DNA of 64,000 nucleotides. Origin: an uncultured Gemmatimonadales bacterium. GTDB lineage: Bacteria; Gemmatimonadota; Gemmatimonadetes; Longimicrobiales; Longimicrobiaceae. Made by a program: the position numbers and the translations under genes. Below the pieces are notes generated by a model. It was not told the origin of the DNA, did not search any database, and saw nothing but the letters and a program-made list of their open reading frames with translations. Location: positions 6,144,001-6,208,000 of the forward strand of contig OY970303.1 in the NCBI GenBank assembly GCA_963716255.1. The letters are read 5' to 3'. This document shows positions 9,604 through 19,376 of this stretch, piece by piece; positions within the stretch are counted from its first letter, which is position 1, and the number at the start of each line of letters is the position of its first letter.

Positions 9604-10714
9604 ATGCCAGAATTGGAACAAATGCGTGCATTCTTCGCATCGTACAAGTTGTACGTAGCGGAAGTGCTCGAACCTAATTATCGGACGATAAAGGAGGTCC
9701 TGAAGAGTTGGGAACATCCTGACTATTGGGCGTCGGTCCTGCGCGAAATTAGCCCTTCAATCGCAGACCGTCTGCCAAGTCCCTCGCCGGTTCAGCGGGT
9801 GCGGGTGCGGATTAAGCGCCCGGAGAGTGTAATGGATAAAATCTTCCGGAAACCCAGACTCGTTTCCAGATGGACTCGAATCAAGCAGCTTTCAAATGAT
9901 GGAAGATGCTCTTGGTGCAAGAATAGTGGTGTACTTTTTGGCTCACCTTCCTCTCGTCGATCGTGAAATTAGAAACCACCCGCAACTTGAGATTTCCTCG
10001 ACAAATCCTCCCATTGCTTACCTTCCGGCGGATCTATGCGACCGTCTGGCACTCACCCACATGCGACGCCTTGTCAAGGAGAGTGGGTACGCATCCATTC
10101 ACTACATTGTTCGTCTCCGCGATGAGAGAGTGCCCGAGGGAAATCGTCCGTGGTTTGAGATCCAAGTGCGTACGATTGTAGAGGATGCCTGGTCTGAGGT
10201 GGAACACATCTTGGGTTATAAACCTGGTCGGCATACTTCCCTCGCAGTGCGGCGGCAGTTCCAGATTATTAGCAAATTGTTAGTTGCCATCGATGAGCAC
10301 TTCAGCTTCTTAGGAGACGAACTCACCCGGTTTCAGATCGAATCTCCTGTGCGAGACGAGAATCCGTTAAATGCTGAAAATCTTCCCACGGTACTCGCAG
10401 ATCTGGCTTTAGGATGCGCCCAGAAGGAAATAGACGGTTTGCTCAAGGTCATGGCAAGCCGTGGTATCAATTCAGTTGGCGAGCTTCGGCGACTTGGAAC
10501 ACCAGGAACCGTTGAACTTATCCGCCATACATATCTTAACTCTGTTGGTCGCCAACCTAGCAATTTCGAAATCGTTGCCAATCTCGCTAATCTCTCGGGT
10601 GTAGCGTCACATGCTGCTCAAGTTGAACGGATTCGGGCGCAAATCGAATTCCTCGATATATGGGTCCAGATCAAGGGTGAATTGCATGATTCCATACATC
10701 CCGACCGGGCGTGA
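9604..10714 (+). pseudogene. RelA/SpoT (alarmone synthetase) domain protein split by a 1-nt frameshift
   Basis: RIKRPES in one frame; EDALGARIV, SGYASIHY, EIQVRT, WSEVEH in the next; one extra base at AAACCCA (~9850-9856); markedly lower GC than the flanks. Confidence 0.8.
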
Positions 10715-10868
10715 TTCAGGTGCCCGTGTTATTGGATCCAACGTCAACTCCACGGCAACGGAGATCAAGGCATGCTTCTGTGCACCGGTCGCTACGGCAT
10801 ACTTGGCGCCCGTACGTAAATGTTTCGCTCGCGCTGGCTCATTCACCGTTGGGATACAGAACCGCATG

Positions 10869-11000
10869 GTGGAAGTGCTTGTCTTCGGCGCAACCGGTAG
10901 CGTGAGGGGAAGCGTCCTCCGCGCTCTCTTGCCCCTCCCGCAGTTGAGGCGGTCCGGGCGGTCGTACGTCGTCCACTGACGCTCGCGACGACGAGCTCTC
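10869..11000 (+). pseudogene. Decayed fragment paralogous to the 5' end of the epimerase gene at 11743
   Basis: EVLVFGATGSVRGSVLRA versus KVLVFGATGSAGGSVLRA; DNA similarity continues through CGTCGTCCACTGACG. Confidence 0.7.
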
Positions 11001-11176
11001 CGCTTCCCGCGAGCTAGCGTCGTTGTTCAGAGACAGTCTGCGGCTGCCTGACGATACGCTACCGAGAACAGATGGCTAGACATGATCTCGGCCCGTCTTC
11101 CAGGTCTGGCGCATCAGTCTTCCATCACTGAGCTTGGGCGTTGGACAGCGTCAGGCCACACTCACAGCCAGCCACC

Positions 11177-11746
11177 GTGGACGATCGCATCCCCCCCGAG
11201 ACACGCGACGTGCTGCGCCACTTCCTCGCGGCGCTCGCCTATCGGACGCAGAAGGCGCTCCGCGGCGCGCCCGCCGACTTCGCCGACTTCTTGGCGGGCG
11301 CAGGCACGAGGACGCCGCGAGAGCTCGTTCGCCACATGGCGAGCGTCCTGGGCTACGCGCGCACATTTTTCGTGGGCGGCGTCTTCCAGGCCGAGCCGCT
11401 TCCGAGCTTCGAGGCCGAGGTCGAGCGGTTCCACGGGATCGCGGCCGACCTGGCGCAGCTTCTCGATGCGGGCGCTGCGCTGCGGGAGCTCACGCCGGAG
11501 CAGCTCCTCCAGGGTCCGTTCGCGGACGCCATGACGCACGCGGGGCAGCTTGCACTGCTGCGGCGTCTCGCGGGTTCCCCCGTGGCCTCCGAGAACTTTC
11601 TCTTCGCCGACATCTCAGCCGAACGCCTGGACGCGGCACAGGCGCTGCCGGCCGCTCCGACGCCCGCATGGATGGGGTGGCTGGTCGGGCTCGCGTGGCG
11701 CCTCGCGCGATGGAGCGCCAGGCACGGGCGGCAAGGCGACCGATGA
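11177..11746 (+). CDS. DinB-like hypothetical protein
   Basis: RTPRELVRHM and LLQGPFADAMTHAGQLALLRR resemble DinB-family His motifs. Confidence 0.65.
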   Translation: MDDRIPPETRDVLRHFLAALAYRTQKALRGAPADFADFLAGAGTRTPRELVRHMASVLGYARTFFVGGVFQAEPLPSFEAEVERFHGIAADLAQLLDAGAALRELTPEQLLQGPFADAMTHAGQLALLRRLAGSPVASENFLFADISAERLDAAQALPAAPTPAWMGWLVGLAWRLARWSARHGRQGDR

Positions 11747-12387
11747 AGGTCCTCGTCTTCGGCGCGACCGGCTCCGCGGGGGGAAGCGTCCTCCGCGCCT
11801 GCCTTGTCTCGCCCCTGGTGGAGGAGGTTCGCGCCATCGTGCGTCGTCCGCTGACGATCGCGCACGACGGGCTCCGGGTGTTCGTCCACGACGATTTCCT
11901 GGACTACGGCGCGGTCGCGGAAGCGTTCGCAGGCGTCGACGCCTGCTTCTTCTGCCTGGGCATCTCCGCCTCGCAGGTGTCGGGCGAGGAGGAGTACCGC
12001 CGGATCACCCACGACTTCGCTCTGGCCGCCGCCCGCGCGCTCCGGCTGCACAGCCCCGCGGCGGCGTTTCACTTCGTCAGCGGGCGGGGCACCCGGCTGG
12101 ACAGCCGGATGATGTGGGCCCGCGTCAAGGCGGAGACCGAACGCGACCTGATCGCGGAGGTGGGCGCGGTGTGCTGGCGCCCGGCGTTCATCGACGGCGA
12201 GACGTCGAGCAGCGGGCCGCGAGCGTACCAGTGGCTGCGCCCCGTCTTCCGCGTGCTGGCGCCGGTCCGCGGCCTGTACGTCGCGGGCGGGGACCTGGGG
12301 CGCGCCATGATCCGGGCGACCGTGGAGGAGCAGCGTGCCCGTATTGTCGAGAACCCGGAGATCCGCAACCTCGCCTCCCGTGCCTGA
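11743..12387 (+). CDS. NAD(P)-binding epimerase-like oxidoreductase
   Basis: VLVFGATGSAG Rossmann motif, DACFFCLG, MWARVK..TE. Confidence 0.85.
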   Translation: MKVLVFGATGSAGGSVLRACLVSPLVEEVRAIVRRPLTIAHDGLRVFVHDDFLDYGAVAEAFAGVDACFFCLGISASQVSGEEEYRRITHDFALAAARALRLHSPAAAFHFVSGRGTRLDSRMMWARVKAETERDLIAEVGAVCWRPAFIDGETSSSGPRAYQWLRPVFRVLAPVRGLYVAGGDLGRAMIRATVEEQRARIVENPEIRNLASRA

Positions 12388-12423
12388 GGCCCCGCCTGCC
12401 CGCCTTCCATCCCGCAGAACGCC

Positions 12424-12858
12424 ATGAGCGAGCGAGACCCTCGAGCCGGCGCCGGCCCCGTCCGCGAGTTCTTCCCGTACCTGTGCGTGCGTGGCGCGGC
12501 GGAGGCCATCGCGTTCTACTCGCGCGTCTTCGGCGCGCGGGAGGGCGCGCGCCTGACCGGGCCGGATGGCCGCGTGGCGCACGCCGAGCTGGAGCTGGGA
12601 CCCGTCACGCTGATGCTGGCGGACGAGCATCCTGAGGGCGGGTTCCTGAGCCCGCTGAGCCTGGGAGGCACGGCGACCCGGTTCCACCTGCACGTGGCCG
12701 ACGTGGACCTCCTCGCGCGTCGCGCGGTGGAGGCCGGCGCCACGCTGCTGCGCGAGCCCGCCGACCAGGACCACGGGGAGCGCCAGTGCCTGCTGCGCGA
12801 CCCGTTCGGGCACGAGTGGCTGCTGGGACACGAGATCGAAGCGTTTCCCGCGGAGTAA
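12424..12858 (+). CDS. VOC/PhnB-like glyoxalase family protein
   Basis: PYLCVRGAAEAIAFY, HAEL, DPFGHEW. Confidence 0.9.
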   Translation: MSERDPRAGAGPVREFFPYLCVRGAAEAIAFYSRVFGAREGARLTGPDGRVAHAELELGPVTLMLADEHPEGGFLSPLSLGGTATRFHLHVADVDLLARRAVEAGATLLREPADQDHGERQCLLRDPFGHEWLLGHEIEAFPAE

Positions 12859-13004
12859 GCCCGGCGCCGCGGGCGACGGGTGGCTGCGGTGGATGCGGGA
12901 CCGCTTGGAACCCTCCGCGCCGTCCACTAGATTGCCACCCTCCGGCCGGCAGCATCGCCGCACCGCCCCATCGTATCCATCTCCAGACGCAGTAGAGAAT
13001 CGTC

Positions 13005-13697
13005 ATGCCAGTTGATCGCGGCGCCATCGACGCGCAGCTCCGGGAAATCGGCGAGGGCGAGCGCTGGTGGGAGCAGCGCGAGTTCCGCGACCTCCCGTAC
13101 ATCCTGCAGGCCGACGAGCAGATCCGGGGGATCATCAACGGCAAGATCCTCGGCTCGTGGCCTCGCCCGCGGGTCCGGCCGAGCGGTGCGTGGCTCATCG
13201 TGGTGACCAGCCAGCGCCTCATCGGCCTCAAGCAGGAGCGCTTCGGCCGGAAGCAGGTGGAGGTCGCCGCGGGCCAGATCAAGCGCGTCCACGAGAGCAG
13301 CCGCCTCCGCGCGTTCCAGATCATCCTCGAGACCACGCAGCAGCGCTACCGGATCCGCATCCCCAAGGAAGACGCGTTCCGGTTCTCCAGGGCGCTCTCG
13401 CCGCTCATCCCGGACGCGCCCGTGCAGGCGCTGCATCCCGCGCTGCAGGAGTGGTCGTGGGTGCCGGGCATCTCCACCGTGGCCGCTCTTCCCGGAGTGG
13501 GCGGGATCGTGTCCAAGGCTTCGCTGCTCGCCCCGCCGGACTACGCGAGCCGCGCCCAGGTCGAGCGGCTGGAGGCCACCGTCGAGCAGCTCCAGGGGAG
13601 CGTCGAGCGACTCCAGCAGCAGGTCGCGTTCCTGGAGGACCTGCTGCAGAAGCAGTCCGAGGAAGCATTCCTCGCGCGGTCCACGCCGGGCGCGTAG
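13005..13697 (+). CDS. Bacterial PH-domain protein with C-terminal coiled coil
   Basis: ILQADEQI, LIVVTSQRLI PH-like motif; heptad-rich tail. Confidence 0.65.
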   Translation: MPVDRGAIDAQLREIGEGERWWEQREFRDLPYILQADEQIRGIINGKILGSWPRPRVRPSGAWLIVVTSQRLIGLKQERFGRKQVEVAAGQIKRVHESSRLRAFQIILETTQQRYRIRIPKEDAFRFSRALSPLIPDAPVQALHPALQEWSWVPGISTVAALPGVGGIVSKASLLAPPDYASRAQVERLEATVEQLQGSVERLQQQVAFLEDLLQKQSEEAFLARSTPGA

Positions 13698-13759
13698 CCG
13701 CTGCGCCCGGCGAGGCTCCCGTCGTCCGGGCCCTCCGCACCCACCCGCTCCGCGAGCCG

Positions 13760-14257
13760 ATGCCGCGTCTGCTGCGAATCCTGCCGGTCGTCTGCCTGCT
13801 CGTGCTCGGCGCGTGCGCGGTCCGTTCGGCGCACGAATTCTCGGTCGCTACCCGTCCGTCCGCCGACGCGGACCGGGCCGCCATCCTGGAGCTGAGCCGG
13901 CGCTTTTCCGCGGCGTACGTGCGCGGCGACGTGGCCGCCATGGTGGCGGCGTACACGCCCGACGCGGTGATCTTCCCGGGCAACTCGGAGATGCTGCGCG
14001 GCCACGACGCCATCCGCGGCTACTGGACGCTCGCCCCGGGCGCGCGCATCACCCGGCACGGGGCCACTCCCACGGAGATCCGGGTGGAGGGCGACCACGC
14101 GTACGACTACGGCGTCTACGAGGTCGCGGGAGAGCGGGACGGGCAGGCGTGGGGCCCCATCCCCGGCAAGTACGTGATCGTCTGGCGCCGCGGGCCGGAG
14201 GGATGGCGGATGCACCTGGACATGTGGAACTCGCGTCCGCAGCCGCCGCGGCCCTGA
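13760..14257 (+). CDS. SnoaL/DUF4440 (YybH-like) protein, probable lipoprotein
   Basis: LVLGAC lipobox, YTPDAVIFP, GKYVIVWRR..GWRMHLDMWN. Confidence 0.8.
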   Translation: MPRLLRILPVVCLLVLGACAVRSAHEFSVATRPSADADRAAILELSRRFSAAYVRGDVAAMVAAYTPDAVIFPGNSEMLRGHDAIRGYWTLAPGARITRHGATPTEIRVEGDHAYDYGVYEVAGERDGQAWGPIPGKYVIVWRRGPEGWRMHLDMWNSRPQPPRP

Positions 14258-14295
14258 GGCGCCCGCGCGGGCCCGGCAACGCAAGGGGGGATGGA

Positions 14296-14841
14296 ATGGC
14301 CGAGATGCAGGTGGCGCTGCTGCGCGGCATCAACGTGGGCCGCGCCAAGCGGGTCGCGATGGCCGACCTGCGCGCGCTGGTGGCGGAGCTGGGCTACGGC
14401 GACGTGCGCACGCTCCTCAACAGCGGCAACGTCGTCTACTCCGCGCCCGGGGTCGCCCCGGACGAAGCCGCGGAGCGCATCGAGGCGGCGATCCGGGCGC
14501 GGCTGGGGATCACCTCCCGGGTCACGGTGCTCACCGCGGCGGAGGTCGCGGCGGCGGTGGCCGGCAACCCGCTGGGAGGGGTGGCGGACAACCCCTCGCG
14601 GCTGTTCGTCGCCGTGCTCCGCGACCCCGCGGACCGCGCGAAGCTGGAGCCGCTGGCGGAGCGGGACTGGGGGCGCGAGGTGCTGGCCCTGGGCGAGCGC
14701 GTCGCGTACCTGTGGTGTCCGGACGGGTCGACGGGGAGCCAGCTCCCCGAGGCCGTGGGCCGCGCGCTGGGAGACGCGGTGACCACGCGCAACTGGGCGA
14801 CCCTCACCAAGCTCCACGCCCTCGCCGGCGGTCCGGGCTGA
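14296..14841 (+). CDS. DUF1697 domain protein
   Basis: VALLRGINVG, VRTLLNSGNVV, TTRNWATL. Confidence 0.9.
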   Translation: MAEMQVALLRGINVGRAKRVAMADLRALVAELGYGDVRTLLNSGNVVYSAPGVAPDEAAERIEAAIRARLGITSRVTVLTAAEVAAAVAGNPLGGVADNPSRLFVAVLRDPADRAKLEPLAERDWGREVLALGERVAYLWCPDGSTGSQLPEAVGRALGDAVTTRNWATLTKLHALAGGPG

Positions 14842-14903
14842 TCCGGCGGGCGGCATCGATCCCGGGATCCTCCCTCTGCGGTCGCACCCCACCACTTTCA
14901 CCC

Positions 14904-15353
14904 GTGGCCCGGCACTTGGAACGCGAGCTCCCCATCCGGATCACCGTCGTCCGCCCGCCGCCCGGCGTCGATTTCGCGGTGCAGCGCGGGCGCTTCGAGC
15001 TTCTTGCGCCGCGGGAGGCGGAGCCCGGTGCGATCTGCTTCGACTTCGTGCTCCGCGTGGCGGCGAGACCCCCGGGAGGCGAGCCCAACTTCCTCGGACC
15101 GTACGCGCAGGGCACGCCCGCCGACCGCTTCGTCTACGTCAACTCCGGGACGTCCGCCGGCCAGGCCGGCTCCTGCTGGACGCGCAGGGCCAAGGTGCGC
15201 CTGTCCGGCATCGGCTGGGACGCGGTCGAGCAGGTGCTGGCCGCGCCGGCGGCCCGCCTGGAGGCCCGGATCGAGGGAACGGGCCGGGACGGCGGCCCCG
15301 CGTGCGCCTCCGTCCCGCTGCTGGGCGGTGGCTGGAAGCCGTGCGGCGCATGA
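14904..15353 (+). CDS. DUF5990-like hypothetical protein
   Basis: FLGPYAQGTPADRFVY, WTRRAKV, DGGPACAS. Confidence 0.7.
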   Translation: MARHLERELPIRITVVRPPPGVDFAVQRGRFELLAPREAEPGAICFDFVLRVAARPPGGEPNFLGPYAQGTPADRFVYVNSGTSAGQAGSCWTRRAKVRLSGIGWDAVEQVLAAPAARLEARIEGTGRDGGPACASVPLLGGGWKPCGA

Positions 15354-15635
15354 GGCGCCGCCCGGAGCGGCCGGGCCGGCGAGGCCGATGATCGCATCCA
15401 GGCTCTCCGCCAGCGGCACGCCAGGAAGCCGTCCCTCCTCCAGCGGCTCGCGAAAGCAAATCTCTCCGGCACGCCCCGATTGCCGTAGAGACGAGCTTCC
15501 CACCTTACACGACACCCGCATGAGAGCGTACCCGCTGCTCCTTCTCCTGATCGGGCTTTCCGCCCCCCGTCTCGCGCCTGCCGGATGACCTGCCAGACCC
15601 ACGCCCACTGAGCCACAGCCGACCGGGAAAAGACG

Positions 15636-16025
15636 ATGCACGGAACGTTCGCGTGGAACGAGCTGGCGACCTCCGACGTGGACGCCGCCCGGACCTTCTA
15701 TGCCGGGGCCCTGGGCTGGACGTTCGAGGAGTTCCCGCTGCCGGACGGCCCCTACTGGGTGGCGAAGTCCGGGGACAGGGTGGTCGGGGGCCTCGGCGGG
15801 ATGGAAACCGGCGCGGTCCCCGGCGACGCGTCCTACTGGTTCGCGTTCGTGGAGGTCGACGACGTGGACGCCCGCCTGACGAAGGCGACCGCGCTGGGAG
15901 CCACGGTGCTCCAGCCTCCCCAGGACGTGCCGGGCGTGGGCCGCGTCGCCGTGCTGCGCGACCCCACGGGCGCGGCGGTCGGCTGGATGACGGCGCCGCG
16001 GCCCGATCCTTCCACAGCGGGCTGA
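15636..16025 (+). CDS. VOC family protein
   Basis: FAWNELATSDVDAARTFY, VDDVD, GRVAVLRDPTGA. Confidence 0.9.
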   Translation: MHGTFAWNELATSDVDAARTFYAGALGWTFEEFPLPDGPYWVAKSGDRVVGGLGGMETGAVPGDASYWFAFVEVDDVDARLTKATALGATVLQPPQDVPGVGRVAVLRDPTGAAVGWMTAPRPDPSTAG

Positions 16026-16095
16026 GAGCCGCGCGCCGACTGCCGGCGCGCCCTCTCGTCCGCAGCCCTGTCCACACGCACCGGACCGAACCCGC

Positions 16096-16458
16096 ATGAC
16101 CCCGCCCCGTGGGCTCTTCCATTTGCTCGTCCTGGTGCTTCTGCTCGGCGTGCCGCTGCTCCCGGGCACGGCGGCCGCGCGGCAGAGCGGCGCCGTCCTG
16201 CAGAGCCGGGTCGACCGGCTGGAAAGGAAAGTGGACGACCTGACCCACGAGAAAGCGCACACCGGGGCCGTCGTGTTCCTGTTCGGGGCGTTCTGCGCGC
16301 TCTGGGCCCAGAACACGGGCCGGAACCCCTGGCTCTGGTTCGTGCTGGGAATCTTCTTCAGCGTGGTCGCCGTCCTCTTCCTGCTTCGCAAGAACGCGGA
16401 CGACGCGCGCGAGTCCGCGTCCCCGCCGTTCGACCTGGAGCGGTTCCGCAAGCAGTAG
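16096..16458 (+). CDS. Hypothetical membrane protein
   Basis: Signal peptide plus two hydrophobic segments (GRNPWLWFVLG). Confidence 0.7.
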   Translation: MTPPRGLFHLLVLVLLLGVPLLPGTAAARQSGAVLQSRVDRLERKVDDLTHEKAHTGAVVFLFGAFCALWAQNTGRNPWLWFVLGIFFSVVAVLFLLRKNADDARESASPPFDLERFRKQ

Positions 16459-16478
16459 ACGACCCGCAGGAGGGAGCC

Positions 16479-17423
16479 ATGCCACGCCCCACGATGCCGG
16501 GAAAGCTCCGTAGCCTCACGCTGCTGGTCCTGCTGCTCGCCGTGCCGCGGCACGGGGGCGCGCAGGAGATGGTGCGGCTGATGGAGCAGGCGGATTCCGC
16601 CGAGTCGGGGGGGCGCTTCCAGGCCGCGGGGGAGCTGTACGAGCGCGCCTTCGGCGTCTCGGGCGAGGAGATGGTGCTCCGCTACCTGGCTGCGCGAGTC
16701 TGGGCGCGGGCGGGACAGCCGGACCGGGCGTTCGCCGCGCTGGAATCGGTGGTCCGTGCCGGATGGCCGCACGCCGCGCGCACCCGCGTGGACACGCTGC
16801 TCGCCCCGCTCCACGCGGACCCGCGGTGGGCACGCCTCATAGCGGAGGCGGACGCGCGCGCCGCAGCGTTCGACACGGCGCTGCGCGACGAGCTGCTGCG
16901 CCTCGCCGAGGAGGACCAGCGCGCCCGGTCGGGGATCGGAGCGATCCTCCAGCGGCACGGGCGCGCCTCGCCGCAGGCCGATTCCGCCATCGCGGCGATG
17001 GCCGCCGCCAACCTCCCGGTGCAGGCCAGGCTGCGCGCGATCGTCGCCGGGCGCGGCTGGCCCGACCGCCGCCTGGTCGCCGACGACGGGGCGCACGCGG
17101 CGTGGCTCCTGCTCCAGCACGCCGACTCCGCCTTCCAGCGGGAAGTGCTCCCCGCCGTACGGCGGGCCGCGGCGGCCGGGAACGCCCGGCTCGCCGACGC
17201 GGCGTACCTGGAAGACCGGGTGCTCATGGGGCAGGGGCGCCCGCAGCGCTTCGGCACGCAGCTGCGCTTCGACGAGGCGACCGGGCGGCTCGCGCTCTAC
17301 CCCATCGAGGACGAGGCGCGGGTGGACGAGCGGCGGGCGGCGGCCGGCATGGGACCGCTCGCCGACTACCTGGCGACGCAGGGGATCGAGTACCGGGGTC
17401 CCGGTGCGGGACGGACGCCCTGA
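16479..17423 (+). CDS. DUF6624-like exported protein
   Basis: Signal peptide, EEDQRAR, GWP, AAWLLLQHAD, AYLEDR, QRFGTQ, VDERRAAAGM. Confidence 0.8.
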   Translation: MPRPTMPGKLRSLTLLVLLLAVPRHGGAQEMVRLMEQADSAESGGRFQAAGELYERAFGVSGEEMVLRYLAARVWARAGQPDRAFAALESVVRAGWPHAARTRVDTLLAPLHADPRWARLIAEADARAAAFDTALRDELLRLAEEDQRARSGIGAILQRHGRASPQADSAIAAMAAANLPVQARLRAIVAGRGWPDRRLVADDGAHAAWLLLQHADSAFQREVLPAVRRAAAAGNARLADAAYLEDRVLMGQGRPQRFGTQLRFDEATGRLALYPIEDEARVDERRAAAGMGPLADYLATQGIEYRGPGAGRTP

Positions 17424-17541
17424 GCGGGGAGCACGACGGAGACCGGGGACGGCGCGGCGCGCCGCCGCCCTTGCCGGGGCGGGGGGCGCGCCCGCAGCTT
17501 GGGGACGCCAGCCGCAACCGTCCCCCAGGCCCGGAGCCTCC

Positions 17542-18312
17542 ATGAGCGAGCACGTCCTCGTAGAGACCGGCGACGCGGTCGTCCGCGTCCGCCTCAACCG
17601 CCCCGAGAAGAAGAACGCGCTCACGCTGGAGATGTACGCGGCCATGGCGGACGCGCTTCTGGCCGCCGCCGACGATCCCGCCGTGCGCGTGGTGCTGCTC
17701 GCCGCCGAGGGCGACGCCTTCACCGCCGGCAACGACCTGGGCGACTTCCTCCAGCGCCCCCCCACCGACGAGAGCAGCCCCGTGCTGCGCTTCCTGAACG
17801 CGCTCATCGCCTCGCCGAAGCCGGTGGTGGCCGCAGTGCAGGGGCTGGCGGTGGGCGTGGGGACCACGCTGCTGCTGCACTGCGACCTCGTGTACGTTGG
17901 GCGCGGCGCGCGCTTCCACCTCCCCTTCGTGGGCCTGGGGCTGGTCCCCGAGGCGGGGTCGAGCCTGCTCCTCCCGCAGCGCGTGGGGCAGGCCCGCGCC
18001 GCCGAGATGCTCCTGCTGGGCGAGCCGTTCGGGGCGGAGGAGGGGCTGGCGATGGGGGTGGTGAGCGCCGTGTTCCCCGACGAGGAGCTGGCCGCGCGGG
18101 TGGAGGAGCGGGTCCGGCGCCTCGCCGCGCAGCCGCCCGCCGCGGTCCGCATCACCCGCTCGCTGATGCGCCGCGCGGACCGTGCCGCGCTCCCCGCGCA
18201 CATGCACGAGGAGTCCGCCCTCTTCCTGGAGCGGCTGCGCTCCCCCGAGGCGCGCGAGGCCATGCAGGCGTTCATGGAGCGCCGCCAGCCCGACTTTTCC
18301 CGCTTCAGCTGA
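17542..18312 (+). CDS. Enoyl-CoA hydratase/isomerase family protein
   Basis: LNRPEKKNAL, FTAGNDL, AVGVG, GLVPEAGSS. Confidence 0.92.
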   Translation: MSEHVLVETGDAVVRVRLNRPEKKNALTLEMYAAMADALLAAADDPAVRVVLLAAEGDAFTAGNDLGDFLQRPPTDESSPVLRFLNALIASPKPVVAAVQGLAVGVGTTLLLHCDLVYVGRGARFHLPFVGLGLVPEAGSSLLLPQRVGQARAAEMLLLGEPFGAEEGLAMGVVSAVFPDEELAARVEERVRRLAAQPPAAVRITRSLMRRADRAALPAHMHEESALFLERLRSPEAREAMQAFMERRQPDFSRFS

Positions 18313-18704
18313 TGCCGCGTCCGCAGGTGGGGCCCGCCTGGGAAGCCTTTCAGGCGGCGTCGGAAGCCCGGCGGAGGGACGTGCACGACGCGGCGAAGGC
18401 GGCGGCGCTGGGCGCGGCGCGCACCGCCCTGGACGAGGCGCTGGTGGACGTGCTGGCGCGCGTCCCCTACCGCACCCGGCGGGTGGCGGAGCTGCGCCCC
18501 GGGCGCGACGGCGGGCAGGTGCACCTGGCCGTCAACGGCGGCGCCGCCATCGGGGGATGGAGCCGCGCCGCGGGGCAGACACTCTGCGGCACCCCGCCCG
18601 GCCGCTTCGGCGGCGACCGGGCGGTGAGCTGCGCCGCCTGTCTCCGGCTCCTCGACCGGCACGTGGACCTGGAGATGGACCCGCCGGAGCTCGCGCTCTT
18701 CTGA
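18312..18704 (+). CDS. Hypothetical protein with possible Zn finger
   Basis: TGATG coupling to the upstream gene; H...LCG...CAAC pattern. Confidence 0.55.
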   Translation: MPRPQVGPAWEAFQAASEARRRDVHDAAKAAALGAARTALDEALVDVLARVPYRTRRVAELRPGRDGGQVHLAVNGGAAIGGWSRAAGQTLCGTPPGRFGGDRAVSCAACLRLLDRHVDLEMDPPELALF

Positions 18705-19020
18705 GCGCGGCGGCCCACGCGGCGTACGGGGTGTTCCTCGCCAGCCTGCGGTTGAAGTCCGGCGCGCCGTCCGTCCACCACGGCGGCCCCCGCTCCCCCA
18801 GCGCGACCTTGGCCGCGTGCACCCGCGCGCGGGCCGCGCGGAGCCGGTCCGCGTCGCCGGCCGTTCCCGCCGCCCGGACCTCGCGCCGCGCGCTCATCAG
18901 CTCGCCGACCAGCCGGGCGCGCTCCTCCCCGGCGAGCGCGGGGTTCGCGCGCCGCCACAGCCGTCCCCGCACGACGAGGTACCTGCCGTCCGGCGTGACC
19001 GGCGGTTCCTTCTCCGCCAT
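18532..19020 (-). CDS. Conserved hypothetical protein
   Basis: TPDGRYLVVRGRLWRRANP...LGERGPPWWTDGAPD; 3' end overlaps the convergent gene. Confidence 0.6.
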   Translation of the reverse strand: MAEKEPPVTPDGRYLVVRGRLWRRANPALAGEERARLVGELMSARREVRAAGTAGDADRLRAARARVHAAKVALGERGPPWWTDGAPDFNRRLARNTPYAAWAAALRRARAPAGPSPGPRAGRGAGDRRRSSPPGRRRSGRAGCRRVSAPRRGSIPRWRRRR

Positions 19021-19029
19021 CCGCCCGCG

Positions 19030-19245
19030 TCAGCCGCCGTGCCTGCGCAGCGCGTCCGGCTTGTGGGCCGCCGGCTTGCCGCTCTTGTCGCTGCGGACCA
19101 GATACTCCGGGTTCTCTTCCGACGCGGCCACGTGGTGGCCCTCGATGTCCATCGGCTCGGTGAGCTTCTTCTCGACACGGCCACGGGTCTTTCCCTGCGG
19201 CGTGTTCCACTCCACCTCGTCGCCCTTCCGGAACGAGTCCGCCAT
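19030..19245 (-). CDS. DUF2945 (Hva1-like Tudor) small protein
   Basis: FRKGDEVEWNTPQG, PEYLVRSDKSGKPAAHKP; GGAGG RBS. Confidence 0.85.
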   Translation of the reverse strand: MADSFRKGDEVEWNTPQGKTRGRVEKKLTEPMDIEGHHVAASEENPEYLVRSDKSGKPAAHKPDALRRHGG

Positions 19246-19376
19246 GCGCGCCTCCCGGTTTGGATGAAGCGGGAGGGTGGGCGCAACGAAGGTGCCAAGC
19301 CGCCTGCCGCCGTAAACGGGAGAGGCCCCGCCGCGAGTCGCGGCGGGGCCTACCTGCTTGGTGGCTGCGGGTGCGG

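Noticed and set aside
15520..15588. Short signal-peptide-like ORF MRAYPLLLLLIGLSAPRLAPAG
   Set aside because: Possibly a gene stub, but too short to support.
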